Positions 47,041-55,606 of a stretch of DNA of 64,000 bases are shown one piece after another; position 1 is the stretch's first letter, and every line of letters starts with the position of its first letter. Origin of the DNA: an uncultured virus (IMG/VR IMGVR_UViG_3300031134_000653). Lineage: Duplodnaviria > Heunggongvirae > Uroviricota > Caudoviricetes. The notes beneath the pieces were generated by a model. It was not told the DNA's origin. It was given only the letters and a program-made list of their open reading frames with translations, and searched no databases. A program made the translations under genes and the position numbers. Location of the stretch: IMG/VR virus record IMGVR_UViG_3300031134_000653; one strand, written 5' to 3'.

Positions 47041-47673
47041 TTAGTTGGAAGCATACTGAGTGTCGAAAGAGAAGTCAAGACTTTTCTCAACTTCTTCTTG
47101 AGTGAAAGTCTCATGTCCGACCACTTTGAACATCCAACGGTTACCCATGATGCTGATAGTTCCAGGGTCTTCGTAAGCATTCACATAACGCTGAACACCC
47201 GACATGTATCCATGACTTGCATGAGTTCTCTCATCCACCATGATGCGACGAGTCAAAGGAGCAAACTTGCGAAGCTTCAATTCATACACATGAACAGGAG
47301 TGTCTTCGTGGTACTGCAGGTTGGCATGAACCAACTGGTTTGCCCGAGCCAACGCAGTGTCATGAGTACCAGCATGAATGATGGTGTCATCCGTCATTTT
47401 GAACGCGGTATCCCAGCTTGCATTCCTGGAGGAATGAAACCAAGACCCAGATTTAGCAATGTCAAAATCAAGCAAGTCGGCTGCAGAGGACAAAACGTTG
47501 ATTCCGCTGTGGATTACCTCTGAAGTCCACAGGTAGTACCCACAAGAACAGTCTGACCTTTGGCGATTCACCATGTAGTAGCTTCGAGGAAAAGCTTCAG
47601 CACAACCAGGACAGACAATGCCTGACATGTCAGGATTGCTTTCCACTCGGAGAGTACTGCTGAGAACCTTCAT
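47041..47673 (-). CDS. zinc-ribbon protein with possible ART-like C-terminal domain
   Basis: CPGC...CSCG; WFHSS, IHAGT...A..R, Y.N..EDPG.IS; the fold call is weak. Confidence 0.45.
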   Translation of the reverse strand: MKVLSSTLRVESNPDMSGIVCPGCAEAFPRSYYMVNRQRSDCSCGYYLWTSEVIHSGINVLSSAADLLDFDIAKSGSWFHSSRNASWDTAFKMTDDTIIHAGTHDTALARANQLVHANLQYHEDTPVHVYELKLRKFAPLTRRIMVDERTHASHGYMSGVQRYVNAYEDPGTISIMGNRWMFKVVGHETFTQEEVEKSLDFSFDTQYASN

Positions 47674-47854
47674 AATTACGACCCTACACCACACACTCCA
47701 AAATAGTCAACTCCTCTGTAAGCGATTCTAAGAGCGTAGAGTTTTACGGCTCACACGTAGACCATAAGACGTTTAACCCCAGGGAGAACGGCTCACAAGT
47801 AGGTTTAGAGGCAATTTAGAGCTGTTCAACAGATGCTCTGGTAGAATCAGGGCT

Positions 47855-48337
47855 ATGACTGTCTATACATCTCCTGAAGTTCTTCCAGAGCATCTCGAAC
47901 TGCCTATCTTTTTAGCCGGCGGGATCAGCAACTGTCCTGACTGGCAAGCCAAACTGATTGCTCAGTTAGATGCTCCTACTATCACTCTTATCAACCCCCG
48001 TAGAGAGAAATACGAGGACAGTGAAGAAGTAGCTCGTGCTCAAATCAAATGGGAGTATGATGCTTTCAAGCTGGTTGAAAACGATCCATTCTCTGCCGGA
48101 GCAAACAATTGGGGTTCCGTACTGTTTTGGTTCCCCGAAGAAACTCTCTGCCCAATCACTCTATTAGAGCTGGGTAAAATGACACAGCAAAGAACACCTA
48201 TTTTTGTTGGTGTTCACCCGAACTACGCTCGTAAGTTGGATGTTGAAGTGCAGTTACAGCTTGCGAGACCAGAAGTGACTATTGTTTACTCTCTGGAAGA
48301 TTTAGCTCGCCAAATCGAAGACCATTACGTTCTATAA
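47855..48337 (+). CDS. nucleoside 2-deoxyribosyltransferase-like protein
   Basis: IFLAGGI..CPDWQ, NPRR, QI.WE, LFWFP....PITLLELG, Y.RK.DV. Confidence 0.88.
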   Translation: MTVYTSPEVLPEHLELPIFLAGGISNCPDWQAKLIAQLDAPTITLINPRREKYEDSEEVARAQIKWEYDAFKLVENDPFSAGANNWGSVLFWFPEETLCPITLLELGKMTQQRTPIFVGVHPNYARKLDVEVQLQLARPEVTIVYSLEDLARQIEDHYVL

Positions 48338-48352
48338 CCGAAAGAAGAAAAC

Positions 48353-48763
48353 ATGTTCAGCGACGGACAAAAACTCCAGATCAATGGAGACCGAAAAGAT
48401 ATGCTTTTCAAAGCAATTGAGTTTGCTTTAGAGTACGCCAACTCCAAAGTAGTCAGCTACAAAGTAGAAGGGGATAAGATCACCTTTTATTGGTATGCAG
48501 TAGAAGGTGCTTACCCTCTACCTCCTACAAAAAACTTTGAGACAATCAGCAACATGGCTTGGGATCACCTCCAGTCAGATGAAGCTCAGGCTGCTGGGGA
48601 GAAAAGAGATGACATTGACGGTACAATCCGCAAAGGTTGGGAGATTTTTATCCCTCAGACATACATCTACCAGGAAACAGAGCATAACAAAACATACAAA
48701 GACCCTCAGGCTTTTTACGCGATCTTCGCAGTGAAATTTGCTTGGATGTACTACGGCAAGTAG
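48353..48763 (+). CDS. hypothetical protein
   Basis: D.DG....GW ... W.YYGK pattern. Confidence 0.75.
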   Translation: MFSDGQKLQINGDRKDMLFKAIEFALEYANSKVVSYKVEGDKITFYWYAVEGAYPLPPTKNFETISNMAWDHLQSDEAQAAGEKRDDIDGTIRKGWEIFIPQTYIYQETEHNKTYKDPQAFYAIFAVKFAWMYYGK

Positions 48764-48816
48764 CACCAAAAACAAAGAAGCAGGAAAGGAATTTTACCCT
48801 TTCCTGCTTCTTTGTT

Positions 48817-49275
48817 TTAACGAGTCAGTTCGACACCATAGTACACTCTACGCAGTGTCCACTTTTCTCTCTTATCTATCGCCATATACCTTTGAGCCTC
48901 TTCCTTAGACGGGAAGAAGAACACGTTTGTTAGTTCAATGTCCCTACCAAACTGTCTACCAATCGTGTGAACAATCCAAGCTTCAGTACCGGTAGTTTCA
49001 GTCACTGGAAATCCAGGAGCCACATACCGAACGTTCTTGTGGTCATTCATTTCCCATCCGTGGCGGAGCATCCGCCCAAAAGGAAGAAAGCTAACTTTTA
49101 CCCCAACGTTACGAGTATCCGATGCAACAAAATTAGTTGCTGCTTCCTGGGTGAGAAACACTCGCAGTAACGAAGCGTTGAAGTCGTTGTCCCTTACTCC
49201 TGTACGCATTCCTTCATAGAAGGCTACCCAGACACCAAGAGTGTTGTTGAATCCTGTTGGAAAAACTGTGTTCAT
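48817..49275 (-). CDS. hypothetical protein with internal duplication
   Basis: Two VF....E.A..(F/Y) halves; AGGGAG SD. Confidence 0.65.
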   Translation of the reverse strand: MNTVFPTGFNNTLGVWVAFYEGMRTGVRDNDFNASLLRVFLTQEAATNFVASDTRNVGVKVSFLPFGRMLRHGWEMNDHKNVRYVAPGFPVTETTGTEAWIVHTIGRQFGRDIELTNVFFFPSKEEAQRYMAIDKREKWTLRRVYYGVELTR

Positions 49276-49333
49276 GATAATGCTCCCTTTTCGGAACTAT
49301 ATCAGGCTTTTTCCTTGTATGCAAACCCTTGCT

Positions 49334-49858
49334 TTAGCGGGTGATACGGACCACTTCGCACCGACTGACTTTTGGTTCACCATACAGAGTGTTCAGTTTT
49401 GTCAACGTGCTTTCCCGAAGAGGAGTGAATGAATCAACGATAATGTGTGTCGTAGATAACTGAGCTCCAGGGACTCCTGCTTCAACCAGTTCTTGGATGA
49501 CGAACATGGGGTCTTTGTTCGCAGCAGAAAACCTGTACCTGAGATGAGTTTCATTTCCAGGTTTGTATACGACTCGTACAGCATCTTGGTTGAAGAGCTC
49601 ACGCAAAGCAGCAGCAACTTTTTCTATGTCCTTACGGTTACCTGAAATCTTTGTCGTCACTGACGGTTCATGCGAGCCTTCCCAAATACCAATTGTTTTG
49701 TGAAGAGCATTCGACTGGATGTTGTTGCTTGAAACCAGCTTGTTGTAAGTGTCAACAAAGGTGTTGTACTTGGAGGAAGAGTAAAATGGGTCATCAAAAG
49801 AAGGTTTGACACTCACATCTGTATCAGTGAACGGGGTGAGACTGTAGTAAGCTTTCAT
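49334..49858 (-). CDS. hypothetical protein, possible SAM-lyase/DUF3293-like fold
   Basis: IG.WEG..EPS ... A..L..LFNQDAV; ATGA overlap. Confidence 0.5.
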   Translation of the reverse strand: MKAYYSLTPFTDTDVSVKPSFDDPFYSSSKYNTFVDTYNKLVSSNNIQSNALHKTIGIWEGSHEPSVTTKISGNRKDIEKVAAALRELFNQDAVRVVYKPGNETHLRYRFSAANKDPMFVIQELVEAGVPGAQLSTTHIIVDSFTPLRESTLTKLNTLYGEPKVSRCEVVRITR

Positions 49859-50535
49859 GACCAATCAGTAATAATCATCGGACGTAAACGTTTCCATGAG
49901 TCAACATCCACAAAAAGTTCCAACCATTCGCAAATGTTGACTACATCTGTAGGAACATTCGGAACCTTGCGGGTAATCGCTTGCTCGATGGATTCATACC
50001 CACTCTCAGCAGCAGCTTTGCGAGAATAATCATTGTCCAGGTTGAACCTCAAAACATTCATAATCTCCTTGGAAAGAACTTGACCAGTTTCAGAATCCAT
50101 ATAAGACCCTGAGTAAGGGAATTGACCATACTTCAAAACACGGTAACTGTTTTCACCCATAAGGTCATCATCAACATCCTCAGCTTCAGCGTAATCAATA
50201 GCATCATCTGAGTGCTTCCACTCGTTGACAACCAAAAACGGAGTCACAACTACTGCAGTTTTGCCATTTGGCATGTCTACAATAGTCACAAAATCTCGAC
50301 TGGTAACTTTGCTGAAATTGCCATTGATGTCATTCTGTAACCAGCTGATGTCACTACCTGGAAGGTCAAGCCCGTCTTTCTCAGTCGGGTTAGCTTCTTT
50401 CCTTTTTAGGAACTCCAAGTATTCGGACATGGATAAGTGCTTATTGCCTTTGTGTTTGGTGTTGATTACGGAATCATAGTCTTCTTCCGTAAGGACAACG
50501 CCATATCCCATTACCTTGTGAATCCTGATCCCCAT
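49855..50535 (-). CDS. hypothetical protein
   Basis: MGIRIHK.MGYG ... LRPMI...WS; GGAG SD. Confidence 0.75.
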   Translation of the reverse strand: MGIRIHKVMGYGVVLTEEDYDSVINTKHKGNKHLSMSEYLEFLKRKEANPTEKDGLDLPGSDISWLQNDINGNFSKVTSRDFVTIVDMPNGKTAVVVTPFLVVNEWKHSDDAIDYAEAEDVDDDLMGENSYRVLKYGQFPYSGSYMDSETGQVLSKEIMNVLRFNLDNDYSRKAAAESGYESIEQAITRKVPNVPTDVVNICEWLELFVDVDSWKRLRPMIITDWS

Positions 50536-50626
50536 GTTTACTCCAGTAGAAAATGTGTCTGTTAAAATGTCTCAGTTGTGAGACACCTTATGCCAGGTGT
50601 CTCACAACTGAAATGTGGAAGGAGAG

Positions 50627-51103
50627 TTATTCCAGATTCTCCAGGTCATACCCTTCGTACTCACCATCGGCACGGTAGTCGATGACAGCCAGAGCAAGAG
50701 GAGCAGGGTTGCGCTGCTTGAAACCTTCAGAGTCATCAGTAGTGAACTGATGGGCGTCTTCAGGGGCAACACTGACGACCTTCTCCAATGCTGCAAACCA
50801 TGCGTCCTCGTTCTTCTTCTCACGCTCCCAAACGGTACGGCGTTTCTGGATGGCAGCACGCTTCTTCTTCGTTTCACTCAAGAAGGGCTCAGGCAAAGCT
50901 TCGACCTGCTCTTCTGTGAAAGCAACCAGCTTCTGCTCTTCACCGTTCAGAGGAAACTCTCCGTCATACTCGCGGTGATACCAGTATCCTTCTTCGACTC
51001 TCTGCTTCAGAATCACAGCACATGCTCGTGCCAGCTTCTGATTGTCAGAAGCGTCGAAATACCGCTCACCATACTTTTCTCGGAAGATGATAACGCGTCC
51101 CAT
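50627..51103 (-). CDS. hypothetical protein
   Basis: AAGGA SD; R.D.EYEG C-terminus. Confidence 0.75.
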   Translation of the reverse strand: MGRVIIFREKYGERYFDASDNQKLARACAVILKQRVEEGYWYHREYDGEFPLNGEEQKLVAFTEEQVEALPEPFLSETKKKRAAIQKRRTVWEREKKNEDAWFAALEKVVSVAPEDAHQFTTDDSEGFKQRNPAPLALAVIDYRADGEYEGYDLENLE

Positions 51104-51198
51104 ATTAGAGTCCTTTGTGTAGAAAATGTACTTACGATTAGTGCCATTCTACCACTTTTTCCTTGCTGTTTCAAGCCATAACTGGTAGAATAACAACT

Positions 51199-51576
51199 AT
51201 GAGTACAGAGTACAGTGGGTATGTCGGATATGGTTTCTACGCCAACTATTCAGCTGACTCTTTCAACATCCTAAAAGAGTTCTATGAGGAAACTACTGGT
51301 AACGAATACCTTCTGAACAAAGACCCTGACTGGGCTCACTGGTATGTTGAAGCTCTTGATTTTGGTCTACCTGTCCAAGTCAGTGTCGAAAAAGATGGAG
51401 AGCACCGAATCATCTTAGTGTTGGCGGATAAGCATTCCTGGTTTGATACTACTTTGGTAGGTGCCAGACACGTCAGGACACCAGACATAGGTAACCTTTC
51501 CAGAAAACTGGTGGATGACCTTGCCAAGAAAATGGATGTCGAAGCCGGCATCATCATGTACGCAACATACGAATGA
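51199..51576 (+). CDS. hypothetical protein (paralog of 51589)
   Basis: YSG.VG(Y/F)GF ... F.ILK.FYE..T ... LA....V..G...Y shared; leaderless. Confidence 0.75.
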   Translation: MSTEYSGYVGYGFYANYSADSFNILKEFYEETTGNEYLLNKDPDWAHWYVEALDFGLPVQVSVEKDGEHRIILVLADKHSWFDTTLVGARHVRTPDIGNLSRKLVDDLAKKMDVEAGIIMYATYE

Positions 51577-51588
51577 GAAGAGAAAATA

Positions 51589-51969
51589 ATGGGATTAGAT
51601 TACAGCGGTAGTGTTGGTTTTGGATTTGTTTCACCTTACAACAAAGAGGTGTTTGAGATTCTTAAAGGTTTCTATGAGAAGAAGACCAGCGAAACATACG
51701 AACCTGAAGACGAGTATGACGGCATGGACCAGAACATCTCTCATCGCATGTTCCCTGGTGTGATGGTTCAGACTGTCTGGTTCGAAAGCACTGGAAACCG
51801 TCAGCTTTTTGTCATGTACGACAAAACTCGTGTCTCCTTGGAACGAACAGACATGGAAGGACGCTACATCACTGTTCCCGAAAACAACTTAGCTATCGAC
51901 ATCATAGAAGAGCTGGCTGATTTGCTTGGAGTGGACACAGGAATGGTCATCTACTCCGAGTATTCGTGA
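51589..51969 (+). CDS. hypothetical protein (paralog of 51199)
   Basis: Same shared pattern as 51199. Confidence 0.75.
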   Translation: MGLDYSGSVGFGFVSPYNKEVFEILKGFYEKKTSETYEPEDEYDGMDQNISHRMFPGVMVQTVWFESTGNRQLFVMYDKTRVSLERTDMEGRYITVPENNLAIDIIEELADLLGVDTGMVIYSEYS

Positions 51970-51970
51970 G

Positions 51971-52747
51971 TTAGTGACTTTCCACTAAAGTAACTATCGT
52001 GGCATGAGCAGAGCTTCTTCTCGCTGTTTTGGAAGGGTTGCTTATTCTGCGATGCGGGAGTACTTGCTCCACGACAAATTCTTTGTCTCGTGGGTGCAGG
52101 TACTCCTGTTCTTTTTCGCTGAAAGTCTGTCCGTAGTTTGACACTGGAGCTCCAGGACGGGTTTTCATGACGAAGACAAGGTTACCTAAACCTCTGTCCG
52201 GTTCATCTGCAAGGTATTCTTCCCAGTCAGCTTGAGTTGGGAACGTAGATGTACCAATAGGTGGCTGCAAGTCTGCATGTGATTCTGGAAGGAAGTCGAA
52301 AAGAGCGTCAGGGTTTGGTGTGGTTGACGTGAACCCAGCAAGTTTTACTCGACCTTTGACAGGGAACTGCTGCTTTACCCATTCTTCAGCTTCTTCTCTA
52401 CTTCGGAAATCTTGGTAACACTTTGTGGCACGGTAAGTGATGACTGTTTCTGCTGGAGCAATCTCTTCGTATTTTTTCAACGCACTGTCAAGCTGTTTGA
52501 TTCGCTCAAGAGTATCTGCAGAAGGAGTCAAATCCGCACCATGCAGGTGGGCGTTCATCTCCATGTAGCTCTGGTCCAAATAATCTGTAACTGCTGCTAC
52601 CTCGTATTTGTTGAGGAACAACTTCAGCTTTTCCGATTCCCGAGTATGGGTGTTGTAGTCTAGGCTGGTTGAGGTGAAAACGTACTCGCCAGTCTCACCA
52701 TGCACACGGCAAGCGGAAGGGTTCTTTGCTTGGCATTTTCTTTTCAT
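51971..52747 (-). CDS. Cys/His-tag ADP-ribosyltransferase (R-S-E, VIP2/Alt-like)
   Basis: RKCQAKNPSACRVHG tag; Y....Y..MN..L, I..LDSAL, TYRA, GFTSTT, EQEYL.PR...F.V. Confidence 0.8.
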   Translation of the reverse strand: MKRKCQAKNPSACRVHGETGEYVFTSTSLDYNTHTRESEKLKLFLNKYEVAAVTDYLDQSYMEMNAHLHGADLTPSADTLERIKQLDSALKKYEEIAPAETVITYRATKCYQDFRSREEAEEWVKQQFPVKGRVKLAGFTSTTPNPDALFDFLPESHADLQPPIGTSTFPTQADWEEYLADEPDRGLGNLVFVMKTRPGAPVSNYGQTFSEKEQEYLHPRDKEFVVEQVLPHRRISNPSKTARRSSAHATIVTLVESH

Positions 52748-52815
52748 GGAGAATTCCTAACAAAAAGATTGGGACCCCTCCCATTTGAGGGGTCCCAATC
52801 GCTTCATTCTTTCAA

Positions 52816-53565
52816 CTATTTCTGGATTTCATCCAAAATAGCCCACATCTCATCCTCAGTTTTGCCTTCAAACTTCTTACGCCACATCTCCTGCTGAGCT
52901 TCAAAATAAGCTTTGCTGGCATCCAGACCTTCATACAACCAGATTCTATCCATCTCTGACAGCTGCTGGTCTTCGGGTACATCTTTGAGTTCTGCGACTA
53001 AGGTCGAGAAAATTTCAAACGCTTCATCATTATTGAGGAAACCGTTGTAGCTGTTATCCTGACCTTCATGTTCGGGACCAGAGGTGGAAGCAATTTTTGC
53101 AATGCGAGTAGGCGAGAACTGAGTCTCTTCCTCTTCTGTTGCTCCGGCATAGGAAGTTTTGTGGTCGAGGAGTCTTTTACTCATTTCATAGTCGTTTTGA
53201 CTAATCTCTTCATCCAAGTAACTCTGTTCCAGCTTCTCCAGACTCTGAATCAGATTTTCTTTTTCTCTTAACGCTTTGAGTTCTTCAATCTCCACATCGT
53301 AAGGACCCAATTTGAGACGGGCCTGGTTATGACGGAACCGGAAGTAGAAGCGGAGACCATCAAGGTAGCCGAAAGCCTGAACAGGCATGGCTCCGTAGAA
53401 AGGAGCTGTGAACTTCAAACCCCTGTCAGCGAACTTGGATTCTAATTTCTCAACCATCACTGCAGTTGCTGCACGCTCTGCTGCCAGGTTCTCCAAAACA
53501 TCAGCATCGATGTCTAAGATCATTTTAAAAGCGTTTTCAGTGTTGTCATCCATCATATTAGGCAT
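52816..53565 (-). CDS. hypothetical protein
   Basis: G.MPVQA.G..DG.RFYFRFRH motif. Confidence 0.7.
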   Translation of the reverse strand: MPNMMDDNTENAFKMILDIDADVLENLAAERAATAVMVEKLESKFADRGLKFTAPFYGAMPVQAFGYLDGLRFYFRFRHNQARLKLGPYDVEIEELKALREKENLIQSLEKLEQSYLDEEISQNDYEMSKRLLDHKTSYAGATEEEETQFSPTRIAKIASTSGPEHEGQDNSYNGFLNNDEAFEIFSTLVAELKDVPEDQQLSEMDRIWLYEGLDASKAYFEAQQEMWRKKFEGKTEDEMWAILDEIQK

Positions 53566-53617
53566 AAGCCTAATTGTAACACAACAACAGCTGTAGAACA
53601 AGCCCGATAGCGTTAGT

Positions 53618-54370
53618 ATGACTACTGCTATTTCTCATATGGATTGCCTTGAATTTTTGGCAACCTTACCTGACGACAGTGTTGATTTGGTTCTCACTGA
53701 CCCTCCTTACCAGATTGGGTTTGACGGAGGTAAAGGTTGGGATAAACAGTGGAAAACTGAAGCAGAATACTTGTCCTGGTGCAAACAATGGACTGCAGAG
53801 TGTGTGCGTGTTCTCAAACCTGGGCGCATGCTCATCGTATGGGGAACGTTAAAAACAGACACTTTCTTACGGTATAAGTTGGATGTTTTGAACAGTTTCG
53901 AAGAACTCTCCGGTCAGAATGAAATTATCTGGTCTTACAACTGGGGTGGACGCAGCAAGAAGAACTTTGCACGCAAACACGAGTATGCTTGGTGCTACTC
54001 AAAAGGGAAAGAGTTCCTGTTCAACGCTGATGAAGTGCGGGTTGAACGTAAAATGAAAACCAGTATGAGAACAGGAACAGCTCATGACAAGGGAACCATT
54101 CCTACTCTCATCTGGGAGAAAAACAACCACACCATGTCGAAGGACTTCATCAACTGGCATCCTACGACAAAAAATGTAGACATCCTTCAAAGAATCATCG
54201 CGGCTTACACCAACGAAGGTGATACAGTTCTTGATATTTTCATGGGTTCAGGGTCAACAGCTGTCGCAGCTCACCATTTGAACAGAAACTCAATCGGGTG
54301 CGAAAGAGATGACGAGTATTTTGAAAAACTTCAAACACGCATCGCTAATGCTGAAGAAGCTCAGGGTTAG
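53618..54370 (+). CDS. DNA methyltransferase (N6-A/N4-C, beta class), orphan
   Basis: SVDLVLTDPPY, RVLKPG, HPT.K, GD.VLD.FMGSGST. Confidence 0.92.
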   Translation: MTTAISHMDCLEFLATLPDDSVDLVLTDPPYQIGFDGGKGWDKQWKTEAEYLSWCKQWTAECVRVLKPGRMLIVWGTLKTDTFLRYKLDVLNSFEELSGQNEIIWSYNWGGRSKKNFARKHEYAWCYSKGKEFLFNADEVRVERKMKTSMRTGTAHDKGTIPTLIWEKNNHTMSKDFINWHPTTKNVDILQRIIAAYTNEGDTVLDIFMGSGSTAVAAHHLNRNSIGCERDDEYFEKLQTRIANAEEAQG

Positions 54371-54638
54371 GTTTGCCTACAGAAAGCACAATCACTACAG
54401 TAATTGTGGTGATTGTAGTAAAGAAATTGTAAGCTAACCCTCTATCAAACCATCCTGGAAACTTCGAATTCTCTGGTTTGTCAGCGATAAGTGAACCCAT
54501 GTCATAAAAACCCATGTAATTCACATATAGTCCTATAACGAACATGGCGATTAGAAGTAAAATCCACCATTTGGTACTCGCATAAGGAATGCGAGTAGGT
54601 ACTTTTGTACCATCAGCCTGAACCAGCATCTTAGCCAT
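54345..54638 (-). CDS. small membrane protein
   Basis: Two TM segments; TAATG coupling. Confidence 0.65.
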   Translation of the reverse strand: MAKMLVQADGTKVPTRIPYASTKWWILLLIAMFVIGLYVNYMGFYDMGSLIADKPENSKFPGWFDRGLAYNFFTTITTITVVIVLSVGKPNPELLQH

Positions 54639-55036
54639 TAGGACGCTATTGCTCCGTAGATAATCCATACTACAGCAGTGACAGGGATAGCTGCTGCTGG
54701 CCACCATGCAGCTAAACGGCAAATTGCCCGTGATACTGGCTTGCCAGTTGTACGACTGATTTCGTTTCTTATCCCATAGATGATGAAGCCGTAAGCAACT
54801 AGCCAGATGAGCGGGCTGATGAATGTGCCAAAAACAAGGATGAAGGAATCGAATCCGTTCTTGTCTCCAGCAGCAGAACTACCAAAAGCTGCTGGGTAAA
54901 ACAACCCGAGGATGAAAGTTACTGCGAAAAGTCCTACAGCAGTCCATCCAGCTATGTCACGCTCTTTTAACGCATTCTCGTAGGAAGGTTCCTGAGAGAA
55001 GATTCTGTCATGGGCTGAGCCCGGCATGTTGGTCAT
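54638..55036 (-). CDS. membrane protein
   Basis: Three TM segments; GTTAG-N10-ATG upstream. Confidence 0.7.
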   Translation of the reverse strand: MTNMPGSAHDRIFSQEPSYENALKERDIAGWTAVGLFAVTFILGLFYPAAFGSSAAGDKNGFDSFILVFGTFISPLIWLVAYGFIIYGIRNEISRTTGKPVSRAICRLAAWWPAAAIPVTAVVWIIYGAIAS

Positions 55037-55064
55037 AAGGGAGTCTCTAACATTCGGGGGTGGT

Positions 55065-55448
55065 TTATAATATCCATGTGGCAAAAAGGAACGTCGACAA
55101 ACACGTAAGCACACCCCATATAACTAACCCTGCACTTTTGATTGCTGAGTCGAAAAAATACAGTCTTGTTGATTGGGGTACGAATCTTGAGATTCCAAAG
55201 AGTACTGCAACCAAACCAGAAAAAGTGCCATACAAAATGTACGCATTTGAAAAACAGAGCGAAGCAAGAGCGAACAGTACAACAATCGGAGTTGCTTCAA
55301 CATGAAATACAGTCAACAGCGTGTAAGTCAAAGGACCAGCTACAAATAAGAACATGCTGATGCCCAACAAAGGCAAAGCGATAGCTCCCAGCTTAGTCCT
55401 TTGTGACGGCACAAAGGTATCTGTGTCAGGAATCAGCTCTAAAGTCAT
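55065..55448 (-). CDS. membrane protein
   Basis: Three to four TM segments. Confidence 0.7.
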   Translation of the reverse strand: MTLELIPDTDTFVPSQRTKLGAIALPLLGISMFLFVAGPLTYTLLTVFHVEATPIVVLFALASLCFSNAYILYGTFSGLVAVLFGISRFVPQSTRLYFFDSAIKSAGLVIWGVLTCLSTFLFATWIL

Positions 55449-55606
55449 AGTAGAGGAACTTATCGGCTTTGACCGTTGTTGCCAGTAACGACGCTGTAAG
55501 CGATTCTAACGGACTCAATCCAATCGGCAACACGTTGCTCACAGACTGCTCGAAAGCTGCTCCTGAGTCATCTGGGAGTCACACAGAGGTATTCTACGGC
55601 TTGTTG

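Noticed and set aside
1477..52800. Long perfect inverted repeats as MITEs or REP elements
   Set aside because: The stems share no sequence with each other and sit at gene 3' ends, mostly between convergent genes, so terminators explain them.
53618..54370. Complete restriction-modification system
   Set aside because: No adjacent endonuclease; the neighbours are membrane and hypothetical genes, so this is an orphan MTase.
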